Shown here: one piece after another, positions 1 through 7,353 of the stretch
Position numbering within the stretch: the stretch's first letter is position 1
How the letters are laid out: each line of letters starts with the position of its first letter
DNA from: Thermoanaerobaculia bacterium
Lineage (GTDB): Bacteria > Acidobacteriota > Thermoanaerobaculia > Multivoradales > Multivoraceae
Length of the DNA stretch: 64,000 bases
Assembly (NCBI GenBank): GCA_963664405.1
Contig: OY761158.1
Location: forward strand, 2,336,001-2,400,000
Direction: 5' to 3'
Notes under the pieces: model-generated
Seen by the model: only the letters and a program-made list of their open reading frames with translations
The model's database searches: none
What the model was told of the DNA's origin: nothing
Program-made: the position numbers and the translations under genes

Positions 1-224
1 ACCGGCCCGATGTCGTGATCTACGGCGACAGTCACGTCGAAGCCATCGACACTTTCGAGGGAGTGCTGTGCGTGAATCCGGGCTCGCCGACCCTCCCGCA
101 CAATCTGAATACCCAGCTCGGCACCCTTGGTTTCCTCGAGATCGATCGAGGGGAGCCGAAAGCGTCGATCTGGCGCCTCACCGAGACCTCGATCGAGCCT
201 TTCGACTGGCGAACCTGGCGGTGA
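1..224 (+). CDS. YfcE/MJ0936-type metallophosphoesterase, C-terminal part (starts before window)
   Basis: PDVVIYGDSH...VNPGSPT matches the calcineurin-like GHxH and NPGS motifs. Confidence 0.75.
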   Translation, partial: RPDVVIYGDSHVEAIDTFEGVLCVNPGSPTLPHNLNTQLGTLGFLEIDRGEPKASIWRLTETSIEPFDWRTWR

Positions 225-946
225 GACGCGCACTGAGAATCGTCCACACTTCGGACGTCCATCTGCAACCGAGGAGCGCCAGCGACAGCGACTCGTCGTC
301 GATCGAGGAAACGGCCTTCATCCAGATCGTCGATCACGTCCTCGAAGAGAAGGCCGACGCCCTGCTCGTCGCCGGCGACCTCTTCGACTCCAATCGAGTC
401 GGAGAAGACGAGTTCGGCTTCGTCGAGACCCAACTTCGGCGCCTGTCTTGCCCGGTCGCGCTGATACCCGGTAATCACGACTGCTTCGACGAGCAATCGA
501 TCTATCGTCGTTTCGACTTCCGCACCGTGGGGCCCCACGTCCACCCTCTAACCGCCGAGGAAGGCGAAATCATCCGTCTCCCCGACCTCGAGCTGACTGT
601 TTGGGGGAAGGGGCTTGTCGAGCACGAGCCGGCGAACAGACCGATGGCCGGCTTATCGGACCCTGACCCCGGGCACTGGTTCGTGGGGATGGCACACGGC
701 TTCGTCGTGCCGGATCGCCGCGAGCTGCGGTCTTCGCTGATTACGCCGGACGAGATTGCCGACTCGGGGCTCGACTATCTCGCCCTCGGCCACATCCACG
801 TCTTTCGAGATGTGTCCGAGGGACCAACGCGAGCCTGTTACCCAGGCGCTCCCAGAACCGCTCACGGCCCCCAGACCGTGAGACTCGCGATGGTGAGTCT
901 CGACCCGTTCAGTGGTGTCGCGGTCGAAGAGCGAAATCTCGACTAG
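221..946 (+). CDS. SbcD/Mre11-like metallophosphoesterase (nuclease domain only)
   Basis: Motifs HTSDVHL, AGDLFD, PGNHD, LGHIH, YPG. GTG at 221 overlaps the upstream TGA. The stop TAG coincides with the MITE terminus. Confidence 0.8.
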   Translation: MRRALRIVHTSDVHLQPRSASDSDSSSIEETAFIQIVDHVLEEKADALLVAGDLFDSNRVGEDEFGFVETQLRRLSCPVALIPGNHDCFDEQSIYRRFDFRTVGPHVHPLTAEEGEIIRLPDLELTVWGKGLVEHEPANRPMAGLSDPDPGHWFVGMAHGFVVPDRRELRSSLITPDEIADSGLDYLALGHIHVFRDVSEGPTRACYPGAPRTAHGPQTVRLAMVSLDPFSGVAVEERNLD

Positions 947-1107
947 ACCAGCGTTTCCAAAGTTCGTGCACATAGCTCGAGGTCATTCTGTTCGCTGGCT
1001 AGGCGCGCCGACGCAGGCATATTGGGCAATATGTCGAGGAGGCGAAACGCCGCCAGCGGGCAGAAGGGGCCGAGATATGTGCGGGAACTTTGGAAACGCT
1101 GGTCTAG
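943..1107. mobile_element. CTAG-bounded MITE/REP-like hairpin element, copy 1
   Basis: Perfect 23-bp terminal inverted repeat CTAGACCAGCGTTTCCAAAGTTC, extending to about 32 bp with 2 mismatches. An inverted copy lies at 58560-58736. Confidence 0.85.
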
Positions 1108-1145
1108 TACGCGCGGCCACCTAGGCAGTCACCTGTTTGCAGGGT

Positions 1146-1805
1146 CTAGTCGCGCCATCGCCATAGCCACTCCCAGAACCCCCAGGGGTAGCTCGACTCC
1201 CCCAGCACCTTGTGGTGGCGCACTACCGCGTCAGGGGTCACAACGAAGAAGACGAGCCAGCTGCCCTTGAGCAACTGAGCGATCCACGGTGGCGATTGTG
1301 CACCGACCATCCCGCCGGCCATTGTCGTGATCGAGACGAAAGCGATCGCAAGGATGATCACCGCATACTCGAGGAAGAGCGACTGCTGGGTCGTAACCTC
1401 TTCACTGACTCCATAGGAATCCGCCAGCCACCGTTTGATCCAGCCCGGAAGAAGGCCGATCACGGGATAGAAAAAGGGGAAGAAGACCGACAGGCGGCGG
1501 GCCGAGGCCTGGGCTCGAAGCACTTCGTCCCTGTCTTTGACGAAGGCCTCGTCATATTCGACGACGTGACCCGCGATGTCCTCGAAATCTTCGGTCCAGG
1601 GCACGAGCCGATAGCGGAACCTGCCCGCCGCTTTCTCTTTGTGAGTCAAGAAGTACTTCTGCCCTTGAAAGTGAATGGCGGTCCGGCGAAAGTCGCGCAC
1701 ATCCCAGTTCGGCATGTCGACAGTCGAAGAAACGACCAGGCCCTCGCCGGCCTCGATTACGCGGTCACTACCGAGGCGTTGCACCTTCTGACTCAAGGTC
1801 GACAT
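1146..1805 (-). CDS. Hypothetical membrane protein
   Basis: 219-aa ORF with RBS GGAG, a soluble N-terminal half and about 3 hydrophobic segments. Confidence 0.7.
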   Translation of the reverse strand: MSTLSQKVQRLGSDRVIEAGEGLVVSSTVDMPNWDVRDFRRTAIHFQGQKYFLTHKEKAAGRFRYRLVPWTEDFEDIAGHVVEYDEAFVKDRDEVLRAQASARRLSVFFPFFYPVIGLLPGWIKRWLADSYGVSEEVTTQQSLFLEYAVIILAIAFVSITTMAGGMVGAQSPPWIAQLLKGSWLVFFVVTPDAVVRHHKVLGESSYPWGFWEWLWRWRD

Positions 1806-1861
1806 CTCCTGCTTCGCGATATCTTACGCGGCAGCGGCAAAAGAGCCGCGGAGGAGTAGCA

Positions 1862-2881
1862 GTGATTCCCAGGTCGACCCGGCAGAACGTCCCATGGATC
1901 CTCACGGTGGCCCTAGCCGTAGGAGGCTGCAGCGCGCCGGTTGCTGATGCACCGTCGCGCTCCGCGGCCGAAACGGCGCGTCTCCACTTCATCATTCCCG
2001 GCGCCCCTGGAGGGGGATGGGACGGAACCGCGCGCGGCGTTGGCGAGGCGTTGGCGAAGTCGCGACTGGTCTCTTCGGTCTCCTTCGAGAATCTCTCCGG
2101 AGGAGGAGGCGGCAGGGCCATGGCCCACCTCATCGCCACCGCACAACGCCAGCAGGGGACCCTGATGGTGTCGTCGACACCGATCGTTCTCAGCTCGCTG
2201 CGCGGTCGCATGGCCCAGTCGTGGCGCGACCTCACTCCGATCGCAGCAGTGATCGGCGACTACATAACCTTCGTCGTGCGGCGCGACTCGGAGTGGCGAT
2301 CCTGGGGCCAGGTGGTGACGGCCCTCAGCGAGGACCCACGCAGCCTGAAATTCGCCGGCGGCTCCGTTCTTGGCGGCACCGACCACCTGGTCACCGCCCT
2401 CGCTTGGCAGGCCTCGGGCCTCGACCCGAAAGGTCTCGCCTACGTCCCCTACGACGCCGGCGGCAAAGCGATGGCGGCGCTCCTTTCAGGTGAGACTCCC
2501 CTCCTCACCACCGGCCTCGGCGAAGCGATCGAAGCCTGGCGCGCCGGCCTCGTTCACATACTCGCCATCACCGCCGCAGAGCGGTCACCCGAAGCCCCCG
2601 AGGTTCCGACCCTTGGCGAGCTCGGAGCCGACCTCCAATTTGTCAACTGGCGGGGCTTCTTCGCCGCGCCGGGACTCGAAGCGCAACAGATCGCCGCACG
2701 AGTGGATCTCCTCGAGCGCATGCTGAGCACTCCCGAGTGGGAAGAGGTCCGCCGCCGCAACGGATGGGTCGAGATCTTCCGATCAGGGCACGAGTTCACC
2801 GCCTACCTCGAAGCGCAGGAGAAAGAGCTAGCCGACCTTCTCAACGCCCTCGAGCCGGTGCACGGGGACGGCATCTCGTAG
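1862..2881 (+). CDS. tctC: Tripartite tricarboxylate transporter substrate-binding protein
   Basis: Lipoprotein signal, PGAPGGGWDGTAR, ENLSGGGG, YVPYDAGG and NWRGFFA motifs. Confidence 0.9.
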   Translation: MIPRSTRQNVPWILTVALAVGGCSAPVADAPSRSAAETARLHFIIPGAPGGGWDGTARGVGEALAKSRLVSSVSFENLSGGGGGRAMAHLIATAQRQQGTLMVSSTPIVLSSLRGRMAQSWRDLTPIAAVIGDYITFVVRRDSEWRSWGQVVTALSEDPRSLKFAGGSVLGGTDHLVTALAWQASGLDPKGLAYVPYDAGGKAMAALLSGETPLLTTGLGEAIEAWRAGLVHILAITAAERSPEAPEVPTLGELGADLQFVNWRGFFAAPGLEAQQIAARVDLLERMLSTPEWEEVRRRNGWVEIFRSGHEFTAYLEAQEKELADLLNALEPVHGDGIS

Positions 2882-3137
2882 TCTGCTCTGCGGCGGGGCG
2901 CCGGAACGCCAGCCTCCGCCTCCGCGGCGTAGTCTGATCGCATTCCCCTTCCGCAACGTAGAAAAGAGTGAGGTCCCACACATTCCGCGCGCTTTGACGG
3001 ACAGTATCGGTGGAGTCAGGGAGTTAAAGAATGCCTAAGAACCTGTTATCAATGTGCAGCTCATTCACCCGGCGCCGGAGCCCTTGGTAGCAGAGGTGCT
3101 CGCGAGAATCCTTCCTCTTCTTTCTCCAACCTAATCC

Positions 3138-3500
3138 ATGCCCATCTCGCTGAAACGAGCCTACGAAGCCCCTTCGCGATCCGATGGGTTCCGCATTCTC
3201 GTCGAGCGGCTGTGGCCCCGGGGGGTCAAGAAGCAGAACGCCAAGATCGACCTTTGGCTCAAGGAGGTTGCTCCCTCGACTGAGCTGCGGAAGTGGTTCA
3301 ACCACGAACCCGACAAGTGGGCGGAGTTCAAGCGCCGATACTTTGAAGAGCTACAGTCCCGGCCGGAGTCACTCCAGACTCTTCGCGAACAGGTTCGAGC
3401 GGGCGAAGTCACTTTCGTCTTCTCCTCGCGAGAGCTACGCTTCAATAATGCGGTCGCTCTCAAAGAATTTATGGAGAAGCATGGGCCGGAGGAGCTTTAG
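3138..3500 (+). CDS. DUF488/YeaO family protein
   Basis: KRAYE...DGFRILVERLWPRGVKK...WLKEVAPSTELRKWFNH...NNAVAL signature. Confidence 0.9.
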   Translation: MPISLKRAYEAPSRSDGFRILVERLWPRGVKKQNAKIDLWLKEVAPSTELRKWFNHEPDKWAEFKRRYFEELQSRPESLQTLREQVRAGEVTFVFSSRELRFNNAVALKEFMEKHGPEEL

Positions 3501-3505
3501 GAAGA

Positions 3506-3976
3506 ATGACAACGGCTGACATCGAGATCCGCCGCGAAGAGCTCGCCTCACAGGTCGCGACGGACCTCATCTCCGCCCTCAACGAAGAGCTTTCGTCCCT
3601 TTACCCCGAAGCAGGAGCCAACCACTTTCGGCTGGACCATGAAGAGGTCACCGAAGGAAGGGGGGCCTTCCTGGTGGCCTACCATCTCGATGAGCCAGTC
3701 GGTTGTGGAGCCATACGTCGGCTCGGTGCGGACACGGCCGAGCTCAAACGCATGTTCGTCAAAACCACCGCTCGCGGGCTGGGCGTGGGTCGCGCGATGC
3801 TCGAGGCTCTGGAGAGAGAGGCACTTGGTCTCGGGGTCGAACGGATCGTTCTGGAGACCGGCCAGCGGCAGCTCGAAGCCATCAGCCTCTATGAGGGCTC
3901 GGGATTTCAGCCGATACCTCGCTTTGGCGAGTATCTCGCTTCACCGCTGAGCCTGTGTATGGAGAAGCGCCTCTGA
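3506..3976 (+). CDS. GNAT family N-acetyltransferase
   Basis: GCGA, ELKRMFV, ARGLGVG and LETG...AISLY motifs. Confidence 0.9.
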   Translation: MTTADIEIRREELASQVATDLISALNEELSSLYPEAGANHFRLDHEEVTEGRGAFLVAYHLDEPVGCGAIRRLGADTAELKRMFVKTTARGLGVGRAMLEALEREALGLGVERIVLETGQRQLEAISLYEGSGFQPIPRFGEYLASPLSLCMEKRL

Positions 3977-4425
3977 GCTCGCAGCGAGGGGCAGCTCTCT
4001 TCTTTCTCGCTCTGTCGGTGGCGTATGGAGTCGTAGCGCTCGATATCGAGACCGGCATGGCGGGTGCGCAGGCAGCTTGGAGCGCTCGCACGGTTCCACT
4101 CATCCTTGCAAGTGCGGGGTGCCTTGTTTCATTGCTTCTTCTCTACTCAGGCAACGACGCCAAAACAGAATGGTCCGGGGATTGGTCACGAGCTCTCCGG
4201 CTCTGCGCGCTCACCGCACTCTATGCACTCCTTCTCCCCCGCATCGGCTTCTTCGCCGCCACCACGGCCTTTCTCGCAATCGGCTTCCGTACCCTCGGTG
4301 AGCGACGTCCGCGAGTCCTTCTCGCCGTGCCCGCGTCTGTCGCCCTCGTGCTCCTCGTATTACTCAGAGTCGCCCTCGGGGTCTACCTCCCCGAGCCGCT
4401 CCTCGAGATGCTCGCCCGGCGATGA
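3955..4425 (+). CDS. tctB: Tripartite tricarboxylate transporter small membrane subunit (start uncertain)
   Basis: About 4-5 TM segments, IGFF motif, LGVYLP C-terminus; coupled to tctA by an ATGA overlap. Confidence 0.75.
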   Translation: MYGEAPLSSQRGAALFFLALSVAYGVVALDIETGMAGAQAAWSARTVPLILASAGCLVSLLLLYSGNDAKTEWSGDWSRALRLCALTALYALLLPRIGFFAATTAFLAIGFRTLGERRPRVLLAVPASVALVLLVLLRVALGVYLPEPLLEMLARR

Positions 4426-5903
4426 TCGAAGGCATTCTTCAGGGCCTCGCCACCGCTCTCCAGCCCCTAAACCTGGCGATGGTGGTCCTGGGCTGCGGCG
4501 CCGGCACCGTCATCGGCATGATCCCTGGGCTCGGACCCATCACCGCCATCGCCATCATGATCCCGATCACCTACGGCCTCGATCCGGCCACGGGACTCAT
4601 TCTCATGGCCGGGGTCTATTACGGCGCCATCTTCGGCGGCTCGACCTCATCGATCCTGCTCAACGCTCCAGGGGTCGCAGGCACTGTCGCCACGGCTTTC
4701 GACGGCCATCCTCTGGCGCTCAAAGGAGAGGCCGGAAAGGCCCTGGCAGTGGCCGCCTACGCCTCGTTCACAGGCGGCACACTTGCCGCAGTTTTTCTAC
4801 TCGTCGCCGCTCCTGCGCTCGCCGCGGTTGCCCTCGGCTTTCATTCTCCTGACTACTTCGCGCTCGCCGTCCTCGCTCTCGCCTCGGTGTCGGCATTCGC
4901 CGGCGGTGGCCAGCTACTCAAGGCGGCGATGATGGTCGTCGTCGGCCTGATGCTGGCAACCGTGGGGCAAGACACTTCCTCCGATGTCCCTCGCTTCACC
5001 TTTGGCAGCGTGGAGCTTCTCGACGGGCTCAGTTTTCTGCTTCTAGCCATGGCGACCTTCGCCCTTTCCGAAGCGCTTCTCGCCGTCCTCCGCCCCGAGC
5101 GCTGGGGAGCGGCAAGCAAGGCGCCATCCGGACTCGCGTCGCTCCGCTTGAGCCGAAGCGAGGTGCGCGAGGTGGCAGCTCCCATCGCACGCTCTTCGGT
5201 GCTCGGATTCCTGGTTGGGGTCCTGCCCGGCGCTGGTGCGACTCTGGCATCGTTCCTCGCCTACGCGATGGAGCGCAATCTGGCCCCCGAAAGTGAGCAG
5301 AAGAAGTTCGGCACCGGTTCGCTTCGCGGCCTCGCCGCACCCGAAGCCGCCAATAACGCCGCCTGCTCGGGCTCTTTCGTGCCGCTCCTCACCCTGGGCG
5401 TGCCGGGCTCGGCGACAACCGCGATCATGCTCGGCGCCCTGCTCTCACACGGCATCCAGCCGGGTCCGCGCCTCTTGGTCGATCGACCCGAGGTGTTCTG
5501 GTCGGTCATCGTTTCCATGTATCTGGGGAATGTGGTTTTACTGGTTCTCAACCTTCCTCTCATTCCCTGGCTCGCTCGGCTGCTTCAGGTGCCCCGCCCG
5601 ATCATGCTGCCGATGATCCTCTTCTTCTCGGTGATCGGCGTCTATCTCGTCTCCCTCAGCCCCTTCGACATTCTCCTCATGGTTGGTATCGGGCTCGCGG
5701 CTACTCTGCTGCGCCTGCTCGACTATCCTCTGCCACCACTTCTTCTCGCCTTCGTTCTCGGACCGATGCTGGAAGAGAACCTGCGCAGGTCGCTCATCCT
5801 CTACGACGGATCGTTCTCCTTCGTATGGCAGCGACCGACCACCCTGTCGATCCTGCTCCTCACCCTCGGCCTGTGCGCCTGGCGCCTCCGGCCTAGGTGT
5901 TGA
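4422..5903 (+). CDS. tctA: Tripartite tricarboxylate transporter large permease; extreme C-terminus replaced by the IS481 end
   Basis: IPGLGP, YYGAIFGGS, TAFDGHPLA, APEAANNA, LGVPGS and GPMLEENLRRSL motifs. The stop lies inside the IS481 terminal TGTTGA. Confidence 0.92.
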   Translation: MIEGILQGLATALQPLNLAMVVLGCGAGTVIGMIPGLGPITAIAIMIPITYGLDPATGLILMAGVYYGAIFGGSTSSILLNAPGVAGTVATAFDGHPLALKGEAGKALAVAAYASFTGGTLAAVFLLVAAPALAAVALGFHSPDYFALAVLALASVSAFAGGGQLLKAAMMVVVGLMLATVGQDTSSDVPRFTFGSVELLDGLSFLLLAMATFALSEALLAVLRPERWGAASKAPSGLASLRLSRSEVREVAAPIARSSVLGFLVGVLPGAGATLASFLAYAMERNLAPESEQKKFGTGSLRGLAAPEAANNAACSGSFVPLLTLGVPGSATTAIMLGALLSHGIQPGPRLLVDRPEVFWSVIVSMYLGNVVLLVLNLPLIPWLARLLQVPRPIMLPMILFFSVIGVYLVSLSPFDILLMVGIGLAATLLRLLDYPLPPLLLAFVLGPMLEENLRRSLILYDGSFSFVWQRPTTLSILLLTLGLCAWRLRPRC

Positions 5904-6093
5904 TTCCCACAGCGTTGTTCAGTTCGAGCCTGGCGTTAGGCGGTCGTCCGCCGAGGGCTGAGTGGGCTCGATGTTGGTTGTAGAAGTGGAGATATCTGGG
6001 TAAGAGATCGGAGCGCTCGCGCGAGGAGTGGAAGGTGAAGGCGTAGGCCCACTCTCGTTGGAGGGTTTGGATGAATCTCTCGGCTTTCCCGTT
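5893..6093 (-). mobile_element. IS481-family remnant (right end plus transposase C-terminus)
   Basis: NGKAERFIQTLQREWAY...YNQHRAHSALGGRPP. The end begins TGT at 5898, next to CCTAGG, an NCTAGN-type target that supplies the TAG stop. Confidence 0.85.
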
Positions 6094-6386
6094 GGGCTCA
6101 ATGGTCGAATGCACCCGATACAGATTGTGAGCAACGACGTTTTCGGGTAACCCATCCGTTCCACCCGCTGTTGGGGCGTGAGTACGAGCTGGCTCACTAT
6201 CGCCAGTGCTGGGGCGAGGACCGGGTCTTCTACCTGGATGAATGCGAGGAGCTACGCTCCCTTCCAGCGCGTTGGACGAGTGCGGTGGCCGAGGACCCCG
6301 TGGTTGTCCTCTCCGCAGGCAGATCGATGTACCGCTTGGCCGACCTGCTCGAGCTCGCCAAGCTGACCCGGGAGAGCGAGCGATGA
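6093..6386 (+). CDS. DUF5372 (Y4bD/Y4pK-like) protein, 5' end missing in the integrated state
   Basis: FRVTHPFHPLLGREYEL...WGEDRVFY...SLPARWT...DP...GRS..RLADLLEL. The frame is open back to the element boundary with no ATG/GTG before the conserved THPFHP motif. Confidence 0.75.
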   Translation, partial: WAQWSNAPDTDCEQRRFRVTHPFHPLLGREYELAHYRQCWGEDRVFYLDECEELRSLPARWTSAVAEDPVVVLSAGRSMYRLADLLELAKLTRESER

Positions 6387-6419
6387 AGAGCTGCGCGAGG
6401 ACGGTTGAGGGGCACCGTG

Positions 6420-6583
6420 CGTAAAGGAGATTATGCCGTGAATGTAATCACAATTATGTCGGGAAGAGTGCCGGAGTGTGACCAGGAGTGTAGAGATAGG
6501 CCAATTTAATGCACGATCTATCGGTACTCTCTTGGTGGACACCCCTTGACAGAGGATCCATGAGAGGCATAATTAGAATTACA
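6420..6583. promoter_or_regulatory. Three GTAA-N5-ATTATG boxes (two direct, one inverted)
   Basis: cGTAAaggagATTATGcc at 6420, TGTAAtcacaATTATGtc at 6443, and the reverse complement ggCATAATtagaaTTACA at 6566-6583. Confidence 0.6.
6546..6573 (+). promoter_or_regulatory. sigma70-like promoter of the HTH-ORF-LSR operon
   Basis: TTGACA (6546-6551), 16-bp spacer, CATAAT (6568-6573); GAGGAG RBS before ATG 6602. Confidence 0.65.
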
Positions 6584-6601
6584 TTCCATGAGGAGACGAT
6601 C

Positions 6602-7069
6602 ATGCCGCGACGCAGACCCGACCCGAAAGCCGAGGCCCTCCGTCAACGAGGGTGCCTTCATCCCCAGCCGGAGAAGGTCTCGGACGATTTGTTCACCTCG
6701 AGCGAGTTCTTCGACCCTCGAGACCTCGTGCAGGTCAAGTACGAGATGCTGCGCCGTGTCCGGGTGGACAGACACACGGTGAGCCGGAGCGCGGCAAGCT
6801 TCGGGTTGTCGCGCCCATCCTTCTACCACGCCCAGGTGGTTTACGAAGAAGGCGGCCTACCCGCGTTGCTGCCAAGAAAGCCGGGGCCGCGCCGCGCCCA
6901 CAAGCTATCCGAGGAGGTCGTCGAGGCCCTGCACGACAGGCTGGAGGGGGAGCCGGACGCAGATGCAACCGCCCTGGCCGAGTGGGTGCAGAAGCGCTTT
7001 GGCATCTCGATCCATCCGCGCAGCATTGAGCGAGCCCTGGCTCGCCAGGAAAAAAAACGCCGGCCATGA
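6602..7069 (+). CDS. Helix-turn-helix protein of the LSR element
   Basis: FFDPRDLVQVKYEMLR, AASFGLSRPSFY (HTH), LLPRKPGPR, FGISIHPRSIERAL (second HTH-like segment); RBS present. Confidence 0.85.
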   Translation: MPRRRPDPKAEALRQRGCLHPQPEKVSDDLFTSSEFFDPRDLVQVKYEMLRRVRVDRHTVSRSAASFGLSRPSFYHAQVVYEEGGLPALLPRKPGPRRAHKLSEEVVEALHDRLEGEPDADATALAEWVQKRFGISIHPRSIERALARQEKKRRP

Positions 7070-7353
7070 GCGCGACACGCCAGCAGAACGCTCCGGCCCA
7101 TGTCGCTCGCTACGAGGAGCTCCGAGGACATGCGGCGAAGCGGCAGCTCCTATCGGTTCGGTTCGGCTTGGCCGTTCTCCTGCGACAAGGGCTGGCCGCT
7201 TGGGTTGAACAGGGGTCCAAGATGCCCGCGCCGACCCCGGCACCGTCCGCCGAGATAGCCAGGCCGTCCGCACTGCCTCACGATACGAGCGCGGATCTGA
7301 TCAACGTGCTGGCCGCCATGGCTCTCAGCCATCTACAGGAGAACCACGCATGA
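7066..7353 (+). CDS. Small accessory protein of the LSR element
   Basis: YEELR...GLAVLLRQGLAAW...LINVLAAMAL; ATGA overlaps on both sides. Confidence 0.75.
   Translation: MSATRQQNAPAHVARYEELRGHAAKRQLLSVRFGLAVLLRQGLAAWVEQGSKMPAPTPAPSAEIARPSALPHDTSADLINVLAAMALSHLQENHA

Noticed and set aside
2990-3110. Possible IS end or ncRNA in the spacer after tctC (TAAGAACCTGTTATCAAT)
   Set aside because: No partner inverted repeat, second copy or transposase to support it.
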